Origin: Octopus vulgaris
Taxonomy: Eukaryota
Assembly (NCBI GenBank): GCA_951406725.2
Contig: OX597818.1
Span: forward strand, 134,850,001-134,914,000
Direction: 5' to 3'
DNA length: 64,000 nucleotides
The notes under the pieces are model-generated. The model saw nothing but the letters and a program-made list of their open reading frames with translations, did not search any database and was not told the DNA's origin. Position 1 is the first letter of the stretch; every line of letters starts with the position of its first letter. A program made the translations under genes and the position numbers. Positions 1-9,631 of this stretch are shown here, in pieces.

Positions 1-439
1 ACACACCAGTTGGGGGGACAAACACAGACACACACACACATATATATATATATATATGGCACGTAAAAAGCACCCACTACACTCACAGAGTGGTTGGCGT
101 TAGGAAGGGCATCCAGCCGTAGAAACACTGCTAGATCAGACTGGGCCTGATGCAGCCTTCTGGCTTCACAGACCCCAGTTGAACCGTCCAACCCATGCTA
201 GCATGGAAAGCGGACGCTAAATGATGATGATGATAATGATGATGATGATATATACATATATACAACGGGCTTCTTTCAGTTTCCGTCTACCAAATCCACT
301 CACAAGGCCCGAGGCTATAGAAGACACTTGCCCAAGGTGCCATGCAGTGGGGCTGAACCCGGAACCATGTGGTTGGTAAGCAAGCTACTTATCACACAGC
401 CACTATTGGGGGGGGGGGGAGACTGTACATTATAAATTT

Positions 440-1236
440 TGAAATGCAGGTTTTTTTGCAGATTTGGAACACCCGCCCTCGATATAGTGTGTTCATGTAA
501 AAATAAGACCACAAAATAGCCCAAAGGGGGTATGTTCCATGATCTTTACCTCTGCCAATTTGTACATACCCCGGTGACCGATCTATGAAATTTTGGGAAT
601 GATTTACCATATGATGAATGTAACCAAGTATGTGGTGATTACAATAGTTTGCCAAATAGTCAGTTATAACAGTAGTTCCTGGAAAAACATTTTATCTGAT
701 AACATTCTCCAACATCTCTGAACTCCTAACATTGAAGAAATCCTTTTCTGGTTGTGGTGTCATAACATCCGACAACCCAAGTTTTGCGATATATTCTTCC
801 TACATTGTTCTTGCTATTGAAGAACAAGCTTTCATCAACAAGCCAATGGGAGTTTTGTCTTGCAGCAGTTTTGCCAAACAAACATCTCTACAGAACTGGT
901 ACCACTGAACGGCAGTTTTTATATCAATGCAATTCACACTTGCAGATATCTTCACAGGCAATTCGAAAATAAAATAAAATACTAAATGAAAAATTACATA
1001 TAATGGCAGCTTAGAGTTTTCTGTAAATGTACCTTTCCTTATGGAAAGAAGGTTTTTTTTTCACATTTAATGCACTTTCTATTGTCAAACCCGTCAATAG
1101 AACAACTAGAATTTTGAAAATTCATCGAATGTGTGCAAGCACACGTTTTTTCATTGGCAATATGTTTTGTCTTCAGATAATCTATAATGTTCTCTGGTGC
1201 AAAGAACAGTAAGAGTTCCAATCTGGGTGTACACAA
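440..1236 (-). mobile_element. Decayed Merlin (IS1595/ISXO2-like) DDE transposase
   Basis: Minus-strand fragments: N-terminal CxC...CxxC, VDESLFFNSKNNVGR, WVVGCYD, PGTTVITD, GYIHHMVNHSQNF, TGVCTN; stops and frameshifts. Confidence 0.85.
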
Positions 1237-2229
1237 TGTAAAATAAATTTAGAAAAATAGCAATAGCTGCTTCTTTTTCATCATCATCATTATCATCATC
1301 ATCGTTTAACGTCCGTTCTCCATGCTAGCATGGGTTGGACGGTTCGACCGGGGATCTGGGAAGCCAGAAGGCTGCACCAGGCTCCAGTCTTATCTGGCAA
1401 TGTTTCTACAGCTGGATGCCCTTACTAACACCAACCACTCCGGGAGTTTAGTGGGTGCTTTTTACGTGCCAGGCGAGGCTGGCAACGGCCACGGTCGGAT
1501 TGGTGCATTTTACGTGCCACCGGCACGGAAGCCAGTCGAGGCTGCGCTGGCATCTTTTTAAAGATGATGATGATTGATGCTGATGGGATGGTTGTGGTAG
1601 CCTCTTGATTTCAAATAGAGTTTACGGAAATAATGTATGAACTTGTGCAATGTTAATCCTTCGAATTTATTTTTGTAATAACGAAACAATGGGTTCAGTC
1701 CTTACCGCCAGAATTAATTTGTCTTGCAAAAGAACCCACACACACACACATACACACCTATACAATTTCAGAAGCATAGCAACAGTTGCTTCTTGTTTTG
1801 GAGAAGATGATGATGATAATGATGATGATTGTTGCTAATAGAATGGTTGACACACACACACACACGTAAATAAACATAGATGAAGTCCCATTTTGGAAGT
1901 ACGCTAAAGTTTTTAATAGACGTATTACGGAGAATTATTCAATATCGTGTTTGCTTCTATGAGAATCACGTACCTTTAAAGCGAGAAAACAAAACCGACG
2001 TATACAACAGGTATGTATAACATGCCGTTTCACTTGTTCTAGTCGTTCATTTTCTGTGAGCTGTAGAGATTGTTGCGCTTGCGCACCCTTTATTGTTGAG
2101 TAGGGAGGGGTGCATTGATCAGTTTGGGAGTTTTTCGGGATGCATATGTTCCTTATACATTCCAAAATCAAGTTGTCGACTTTCACGTATGGAGTATCAA
2201 AAGATTCAGTACTATTTCCTCTACTAACT

Positions 2230-2622
2230 AGGCGCAGGAGTGGCTGTGTGGTAAGTAGCTTGTTTACCAGCCACGTGGTCCCAGGTTCAGTCCCACTGCG
2301 TGGCACCTTGGGCAAGTGTCTTCTGCTATAGCCTCGGGCCGACCAAAGCCTTGTGAGTGGATTTGGTAGACGGAAACTGAAAGAAGCCCGTCGTATATAT
2401 GTATGTGTGTGTGTATATGTTTGTGTGTCTGTATTTGTGCCCCTAGCATTGCTTGACAACCGATGCTGGTGTGTTTACGTCCCCGTTACCTAGCGGTTCG
2501 GCAAAAGAAACCGATAAAATAAGTACTGGGCTTACAAAAGAATAAGTCCCGGGGTCGAGTTGCTCGATTAAAAGCGGTGCTCCAGCATGGCCGCAGTCAA
2601 ATGACTGAAACAAGTAAAAGAG
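2230..2622 (+). mobile_element. tRNA-derived SINE family B (about 400 bp, internal TA/TG microsatellite); also 255-405(-), 10660-10890(+), 10931-11223(+), 16522-16942(-), 22348-22682(-), 24590-24889(+), 25787-26197(-)
   Basis: AGGCGCAGGAGTGGCTGTGTGGTAAG head, CORE-like CCTTGGGCAAG, AGTAAAAGAG tail; multi-copy. Confidence 0.9.
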
Positions 2623-2678
2623 TAACTAAACTTCCATTGACATATTTGAATTACAAAAATTTAGAGGTTATGTATGAA

Positions 2679-3819
2679 GGCGATCTTTCGTTACAAGTAC
2701 ACACGACTGCTAGTTACAAACCACGTGTGTTTATTTACATTTGTGAAGATGATCGTCGATTTCCGTAAAAAACTTTTTTTTTTCATATAGGGTTGGGGGG
2801 GGTGAATGGGATCTTTTGAAGTTGGCGTGAATCGGAAGACTTGATGTACGTGTGTGCGAACATACGTGTGCGAGACAGAAAGTGTGGTGTGTAAGTGAAG
2901 TGCTTTTGTTAGTGTGTGTGTAGAGACAGAGAGAGTAATGTTGCTGCTGTGTGTGTATGTGTAAGAGACAGAGACAACTGACATTTTTTTTATTCACTTT
3001 TTGTAGTGAGTGAATGTGTGAGTGAGAGACAGAGAAAAAGAGAGAGGTTATGTGGGAGTGTGGAAGCACTCCGTCGGTTACGACGATGAGGGTTCCGGTT
3101 GATCCGAATCAACGGAACAGCCTGCTCGTGAAATTAACGTGTAAGTGGCTGAGCACTCCACAGACACGTGCACCCTTAACGCAGTTCTCGGGGTTATTCA
3201 GCGTGACACAGAGAGTGACAAGGCCGGCCCTTTGAAATACAGGTACAACAGAAACAGGAAGTAAGAGTGAGAGAAAGTTGTGGTGAAAGAGTACAGCAGG
3301 GATCACCACCATCCCTGTCGGAGCCTCGTGGAGCTTTAGGTGTTTTCGCTCAATAAACACTTACAACGCCCGGTCTGGGAATCGAAACCGCGATCCTATG
3401 ACCGCGAGTCCGCTGCCCTAACCACTGGTTATGTATGGCTTCAGTGTCGCACACACACAAATACACATACCTACGTACACCTATTGCATACCTTTTTTGT
3501 ACGTATACATGTGCGTGTAAGGGAGGGAGAGGGAAAGAGAGAGAGAGAGAGAGAGAGCGAAAGAGAGAAGGTATGTTTCTTTTTTTGTTTTTGCTTGTTG
3601 TTTGCATGTATGTTTAAATTTAGCAGCAGGAACAAAATTGTAGCACACACACATACATACAGACGGAACGCTAACTTCAAAAGAACTTCCCCCGATCCAA
3701 TCGCGCTCTGTCTCGCTTTTACGCCGAGTTGAAAAGATACCCTTCCCCCACCTCACACATATAAAAAAATAAAAATGTAACTTAGCCTACACATATATAA
3801 ACACATCTATATATGTATT

Positions 3820-3874
<55 letters not shown>

Positions 3875-4830
3875 GGGTAGAAATTGATATTAGTCAATTA
3901 AAACCAGTGGTCTAGCATATTAAAAAGGATCCGAAGATTAAAATATTTTTATATACCAATTAAGGACTGAACACGAAAAGTGAACAGTCAACATGCTAGA
4001 TATAGACGTCAAATCGCCATTCTCCATAAAGAGTATGTTCTCAAATAAAACTCAGCACTGGTTTTGTACTGAGTTTTATTTGAGAACATACTCTTTGTGG
4101 AGAATGGCGATTTGACGTCTATATATATATATATATACATCTATGTTTATATATCTATACCGATATGTGTGTATATATATACACACATTCATATATACAT
4201 GTATATCATCATCATCATCGTTTAGCGTCCGCTTTCCATGCTAGCATGGGTTGGACGGTTCAACTGTGATCTGGGAAGCCAGAAGGCTGCACCAGGCTCC
4301 AGTCTGATCTGGCAGTGTTTCTACGGCTGGATGCCCTTCCTAACGCCAACCACTCCGCGAGTGTAGTGGGTGCTTTTTACGTGCCACCTGCACAGGTGCC
4401 AGACGAGGCTGGCAGACGGCCACGATCGGATGGTGCTTTTCATGTGCCACCGGCACGGAGGCCAGGCGAGGCTGATCCATATATATATACACACACACAC
4501 ACACCTATATATGTGTCACTGAAGCCATTTATACATACACAGAGAATCTCTCTCTCTCTCTCTCTCACACACACACCAGCACCATTGCTCCCTCTCTCTC
4601 TCTTCACACACACTAACAAAAGAATTTCACATACACACCACACTTTCTGTCTCGCACACCCCAAACACACACGGCATGCCAACTTCAAAAGAACTTCCCT
4701 GACCCTGTCGCATTCACTTTCGCTTTTACGCCGACATGAGAACATCCCCACCCCCCAATCCATATATGCAAAAACAATTTTTTTTTTACGGAAACCGACG
4801 ATCTTCTTAAGACACAAACAAATACACGTG
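2679..4830. mobile_element. Composite of related MITE arms (inverted 2722-2990 versus 4560-4830) with nested SINE and RTE-tail insertions
   Basis: Starts GGCGATCTTTCG; shares gtcgatttccgtaaaaaa-Tn-catat with the 7146 MITE; inverted match seen by eye. Confidence 0.55.
4000..4124. repeat. Near-perfect hairpin (about 58-bp arms, 7-nt loop)
   Basis: tatagacgtcaaatcgccattctcca...ctcagcac / gtactgag...gacgtctata. Confidence 0.9.
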
Positions 4831-4874
4831 CTTTAAGAAGTGATAAATACAGTTCTTATATCCAAAGATCACCC

Positions 4875-5500
4875 ATGGCTCTATATACTGCGATTACATT
4901 TTTCATGGAACACGGTGTCCTACCGTTTACCCACAATTGTCCGACATGTAATTTTCCATGTATTTTGCGAGAGGAAACGAACATGTGGCGTTGCAGTAGG
5001 ATGGTACGACGACGTCGCCAATCCAGAAGGGAGTGTGGATATTCCGAATCATTATTGAAGAACTCCTTTCTGGAAAACACCCATGTTCCGCCTTGGAAAA
5101 TGTTGCGACATTCCTTCGATATAACTCGACAAAATCAAAACGTTTCACTTCGGGTAGTTCTGAGGGTTGTGGAGTATAGATATGACGAAATTATGCCAGC
5201 AATGTCTCATTTTAAACTTGAGGAAAAAAAAGCCTTGCATATTTGTTCTTAGCTGTTTCATGTGTGTATGTAAAATCCGCAAATTTCCAAGCAGAAAACA
5301 GAATCGAACTGTCATTTGCTTCCACGGAAATTCCGAAGTGAAATGTTTTGATTTTGTCGAGTTATATCGAAAGAATGCGCCAATGTTGCTTTTCGTAAAT
5401 CACTTCCTCGGCACAGCTTGGTCGCACAGATTAATCGAGGAAGATCTCGGATTCTCCCGTAAAACATCTGTAGATTGGCGCTATATTTTTTGGATTTTCA
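4875..5500 (+). mobile_element. Merlin-type transposase N-terminal fragment (Zn ribbon + HTH) interrupted by a MITE
   Basis: CPTC...WRC...ECGYSESLLKNSFLE then LGFSRKTSVDW; frame is restored by removing 5107-5389. Confidence 0.75.
5107..5381. mobile_element. MITE with about 47-bp TIRs and 8-bp TSD AATGTTGC (Merlin-type)
   Basis: TIR cattc.ttcgatataactcgacaaaatcaaaac.tttcacttcgg at both ends; TSD at 5099-5106 and 5382-5389. Confidence 0.85.
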
Positions 5501-5948
5501 TTTCCGGGTCAAGATGTAAACATTAACCTTCTTTTTTTTTTTTTTTTCATATTCGTTTTCTACACATTTTTTTACACCTCGGAGGCTCTTTTTGTGTTTT
5601 GTTTTTGTTAACGAGTCTTAAACTTTACATTGAACACAAAAGGCGGCGGGGTGAACACTTCTGTAGTTATGCGAATATATTCATATGTAAACAAAAATCT
5701 TCCGTACAAAACGGAAGCATCAACATGGTAACGACAGGAGTATGCTTGGCAATCTTACAGTTACTTCGCACCCACGCGGTCTCGGGTATGATCCTACCGT
5801 GTAGCATCTTGAGCAATTTTTTTTTCCTGGTGACACTTTTGCAAATACAAACGAGAGAATTCCTTTTTTTTTTTTTTTAATACATGAAAGCTATATAAAA
5901 GACCGTTTTATAGATTGTACCGGTTACTCAAAAAGTTACAGCGTTGAC

Positions 5949-6500
5949 AGTGATGTACTGATTTGGCCTGAGAATTATGTTAGGGAAACACGTGTCCAAC
6001 GGAATACACAGCCATTCATTTACCCGTTAGTTCAGGAGCAGGTCCTTTGGTTGATCGAACAACTGAATCCTCCTTGTCGAACGACAAAGGTATATATTTA
6101 TATGCTGGCATGTAAATGCCAGCATATTAATAGGTGACGAGCGGGCAGAGATGCTTAGCAGTATTTCGTCTGCCGCTACGTTCTGAGTTCAAATTCCGCC
6201 GAGGTCGACTTTGCCTTTCATCCTTTCGGGGTCGATTAAATAAGTACCAGTTACGCACTGGGGTCGATATAATCGACTTAATCTGTTTGTCTGTCCTTGT
6301 GTGTCCCCTCTATGTTTAGCCCCTTGTGGGCAATAAAGAAATAAGTGATGTACTGAATTGGCCTGAGAATTATGTTAGGGAAACACGTGTCCAATGGAAT
6401 ACACAGCCATTCATTTACCCGTTAGTTCAGGAGCAGGTCCTTTGGTTGATCGAACAACCGAATCCTCCTTGTCGAACGACAAAGGTATATATTTATATGC
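5949..6500 (+). repeat. 157-bp direct duplication (5949-6105 and 6344-6500) flanking a SINE
   Basis: Copies differ at only a few positions. Confidence 0.9.
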
Positions 6501-6926
6501 GGTGACTATTAAACGTTACCAATTAGATAATGCTACGATAATTACTAAAGTTTAATTACACTATAAGAATATTGGCAATTAGACAACAAAAATAATTAAC
6601 AGGGAGAATTGATGATAAACAAAACAGAAAGAAAGGAAAATAAATTGTAAGGATCAGATGAGAGAGCATTTCTAATTAATAATGTTAGATTGCAATAAAT
6701 AAAAGGATCTTTTACGAGAGATAACAAGAAGTTAATGATTGATGCATGTTTGTAAATTGCATCTTTAATCTTATTTATGTCATCACGTGGAATTAATTAC
6801 CGCCAGAATCAAGTAAGGCTCGCTGAATTTTTGTGTTTTCTACATGGATATAGATTTACATTTTCAATGACTTTTAATCTAAACAGATTAGATAGATAAA
6901 AATAATAGCAAAAAAAAAAAATTTAC

Positions 6927-7039
6927 CTTCGTCGCTTCTGATCAGCAGAAAAAAAGAAGAATCTAAAGAATCTATATGTTGTGTTCACAACTCTATCGAC
7001 CGGTGTAACACGAACTTATATTCCTATTCCGATAAATGA
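6927..7039 (-). other. Candidate non-coding exon of a minus-strand transcript
   Basis: Minus-strand acceptor tttcattgcag| and donor GAAG|gtaaat in unique sequence; no ATG. Confidence 0.3.
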
Positions 7040-7145
7040 CTGCAATGAAATTATGTCAGAGTTATCTTCTGATTTTTTTTTTTTTTTTAGTTTTCCTATC
7101 AGCTTTTTTTCAATAATTTTATTCGATTGTCATTAGAATTATTAA

Positions 7146-7377
7146 GGCAATCTTTCGTCTCTAGTAGACCTTTCCGTCGATTTCCGTAAAAAATTTTTTT
7201 TTTTTACATATGGACTTGCGGGAACTTTTGAAGTAATATACATACATATACACATACACCGAGTAAAAAATTTCAGTTATCTCTTTCTTTCACACATTAC
7301 TCTGTCTCTTCACACACACTAACAGAAGCACTTCACTTACACAACATACTGTCTGTCTCCCACACCCCATCAAACAC

Positions 7378-7428
<51 letters not shown>

Positions 7429-7602
7429 CATCAATGCTTGCCATGCACGGTAACTTCAAAAGAACTTCCCTCGTCATACAATCGCTTTCTCTTAGTCTCT
7501 TTCGCTCTCATTACTTCAAAAGTTCCCGTAAGCCCATATGTAAAAAAAAAAAAAAATTTTACGGAAATCGACGGAAAGGTCTACTAGAGACGAAAGATTG
7601 CC
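7146..7602. mobile_element. MITE with about 90-bp TIRs (GGCAATCTTTCG...), CA-repeat interior, probably Merlin-type
   Basis: Near-perfect TIRs; GAATTATT on both flanks (left copy offset by 2 nt). Confidence 0.85.
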
Positions 7603-8055
7603 GAATTATTTCATATGGTTAAAATAACTGATGAAAGTAAAGAATATACACATCGGTGTTTAGGGTTAAGATTAGGTTTTGGGGTTAGGGCTTTTGTTAT
7701 GTCGAAAACGGGTGGTGTGCGTATTCTTTACCTCCACCAAATAACATTAAAAAAGGCCGTTCGTTGACTTTTACCAAGATCGAATATCACTAACATAAGC
7801 GTTTCTGTGAATTAATGGTAGTGGGGGGGGGATCGATAGTTGGAGCACAATGAGTAGTTTCTCTCTACCTATTTAAAATCATCACATTGAGAGTATTGCT
7901 TCGTTATTTTGCATTGTTGTTTCATCTTTGTGAGTAAAAGATGGTCAGCATAGTTGTTGTTGAAGTTGAGAGAATACAGTTCTGTATTTCAGAGATGAGG
8001 AATTATGTACATTATTTACAATTGACGGATATTTCTCCTCATCTTGTTTGTTGTT

Positions 8056-8101
8056 AACACAACGTTTCGGCTGATATACCCTCCAGCCTTCGTCAGGTGT
8101 C
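8056..8101 (-). ncRNA. Minimal type I hammerhead ribozyme (Penelope-type)
   Basis: GACAC-CUGACGA-A-GGCUG(loop)CAGCC-GAAA-CG-UU-GUGUU: intact core, stems I and II pair, palindromic stem III, GUU site. Confidence 0.8.
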
Positions 8102-8417
8102 TTGGGGAAATTTCGAACCTGGGTTCTCATTCCTAAGGTATTTTTCGATGTTATTATTATTATTATTATTAATTATTCAGGTCACTGCCTGGAATCGAAT
8201 TCGGAATCTTGGGGTTAGTAGCTGGCGCTCTTAACCACTACGCCATATGCTCACGGGCATATGGCATAGTGGTTAAAAGCGCGGGCTACTAACCCCAAAA
8301 TTCCGAGTTAGATTCCAGGCAGTGAACTGAATAATAATAATGATGATGATAGTAATAATAATAACAACATCGAAAAATATCTTAGGAATGAGAACCCAAT
8401 GTTCGAAATTTCCCCAT

Positions 8418-8463
8418 GACACATGATGAAGGCTGGAGGGTATATCAGCCGAAACGTTGTGTT
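8418..8463 (+). ncRNA. Hammerhead copy in the + arm with a core mutation (AUGAUGA)
   Basis: Same architecture as 8056-8101 but C3 is replaced by A. Confidence 0.65.
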
Positions 8464-8687
8464 AACAACAAACAAGATGAGGACGAATATCCTTCAATTG
8501 TAAATAATGAAGTTGAGAGAGTTTGAAACATGGGTGACAGGTACTTCTTTTTCAAGAAATTTGTCCTCAACTTCGACTCGATTGTAATTGAGGTTGCTAA
8601 TAAAATACCTGGATAATTTTTTTGTGTCTAACAATCAATATTCTTTTCTTTGTTGGATCCCAAGTTAATTATTTCCCCAGACACAGT

Positions 8688-9055
8688 GGAGGCGCAATGG
8701 CCCAGTGGTTAGGGCAGCGGACTCGCGGTTTCGATTCCCAGACCGGGCGTTGTGAGTGTTTATTGAGCGAAAATACCTAAAGCTCCACGAGGCTCCGGCA
8801 GGGGACAGCGGTGATCCCTGCTGTACTCTTTCACCACAACTTTCTCTCACTCTTACTTCCTGTTTCTGTTGTACCTGTATTTCAAGGGCCGGCATTGTCA
8901 CTCTCTGTGTCACGCTGAATATCCCCGAGAACTACGTTATGGGTACACGTGTCTGTGGAGTGCTCAGCCACTTACACGTTAATTTCACGAGCAGGCTGTT
9001 CCGTTGATTCGGATCAACCGGAACCCTCGTCGTCGTAACCGACGGAGTGCTTCCA
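8688..9055 (+). mobile_element. tRNA-derived SINE family A (about 385 bp); other copies at 3061-3428(-), 10208-10567(-), 17250-17608(+)
   Basis: GGAGGCGCAATGGCCCAGTGGTTAGGGCAGCGGAC head with A/B boxes; ends CGGAGTGCTTCCA; multi-copy. Confidence 0.9.
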
Positions 9056-9240
9056 TCCCATTTCCCACACTAATGTCTAATTTGATAATTTTCAAGTTTC
9101 AGAAAACTATGTTTAAATTGAGGCAAAATGAGTAATGACTAATTTCAATAATTTCTGTTCTTTAATTACATGGTGAGAGTAAATATATCGGAAAGATGCG
9201 GTAGCCACTCATGCAGATCATGAAGAAGCTATATAGAATA

Positions 9241-9631
9241 CTAGCAGTATCGCCCAGCGTTGCTCGGGTTTGTAAGGGAAATAACTATATAAGCATTTTT
9301 AGAGAGTTATAGCCATAAAATAGCAAAAAAATGCATCAAAAATGGAAAAAAAATGATGGTAAATTTTTTTTTAAATCGTTGACTCATCGTAGACATTTTT
9401 AGATAGTTACTTCCCTTAGCGAAAAAATGCATTAAAATGGGAAAAAATGATGGTAAATTATTTTTTAAATTGTAGACTCATCGTAGACGCGCGTTAATAC
9501 CCAGAAGGGCTCGATATGAATCACGACTATAAGATACCCGGTTTTGGTTAAACTGCACCGCAAAATGTGGGAGTAGTTAGGAATCTAAATCGGAGTAGAC
9601 AGACACACAACTTCACTTTTATATATAAAGA
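9241..9631 (-). mobile_element. Non-autonomous Helitron
   Basis: Minus-strand 5' TC and 3' CTAG, subterminal GC hairpin CCCGAGCAACGCTGGG, inserted at A|T; homologous to 58241-58635. Confidence 0.85.

Larger units (their letters stand above)
7974..8507. mobile_element. Fold-back retroelement: two head-to-head arms, each tRNA-like head + (AAT)n + Penelope-type hammerhead; 13-bp TSD
   Basis: Inverted arms centred at about 8253; TSD TGAAGTTGAGAGA at 7961-7973 and 8508-8520; A box TGGCGTAGTGG, B-box-like (A/G)TT(C/A)GATTCC. Confidence 0.85.

Noticed and set aside
440-1236. Bacterial IS1595 insertion or contamination
   Set aside because: Decayed and flanked by host repeats; explained by eukaryotic Merlin.
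7655-7690. Interstitial telomere (also 18177-18195 and 18368-18386)
   Set aside because: Only 2-4 degenerate units; those at 18 kb are internal to a MITE.
8179-8328. Two tRNA genes
   Set aside because: Acceptor and anticodon stems pair poorly and the heads are fused to a repeat body. These and all SINE heads in the window are tRNA-derived, not tRNA genes.
8756-9007. Recurrent small ORFs (MFIERK..., MVVIPAVLFHH..., SFRLPNPLTR...) suggesting a gene family
   Set aside because: They are translations of SINE A and B copies.
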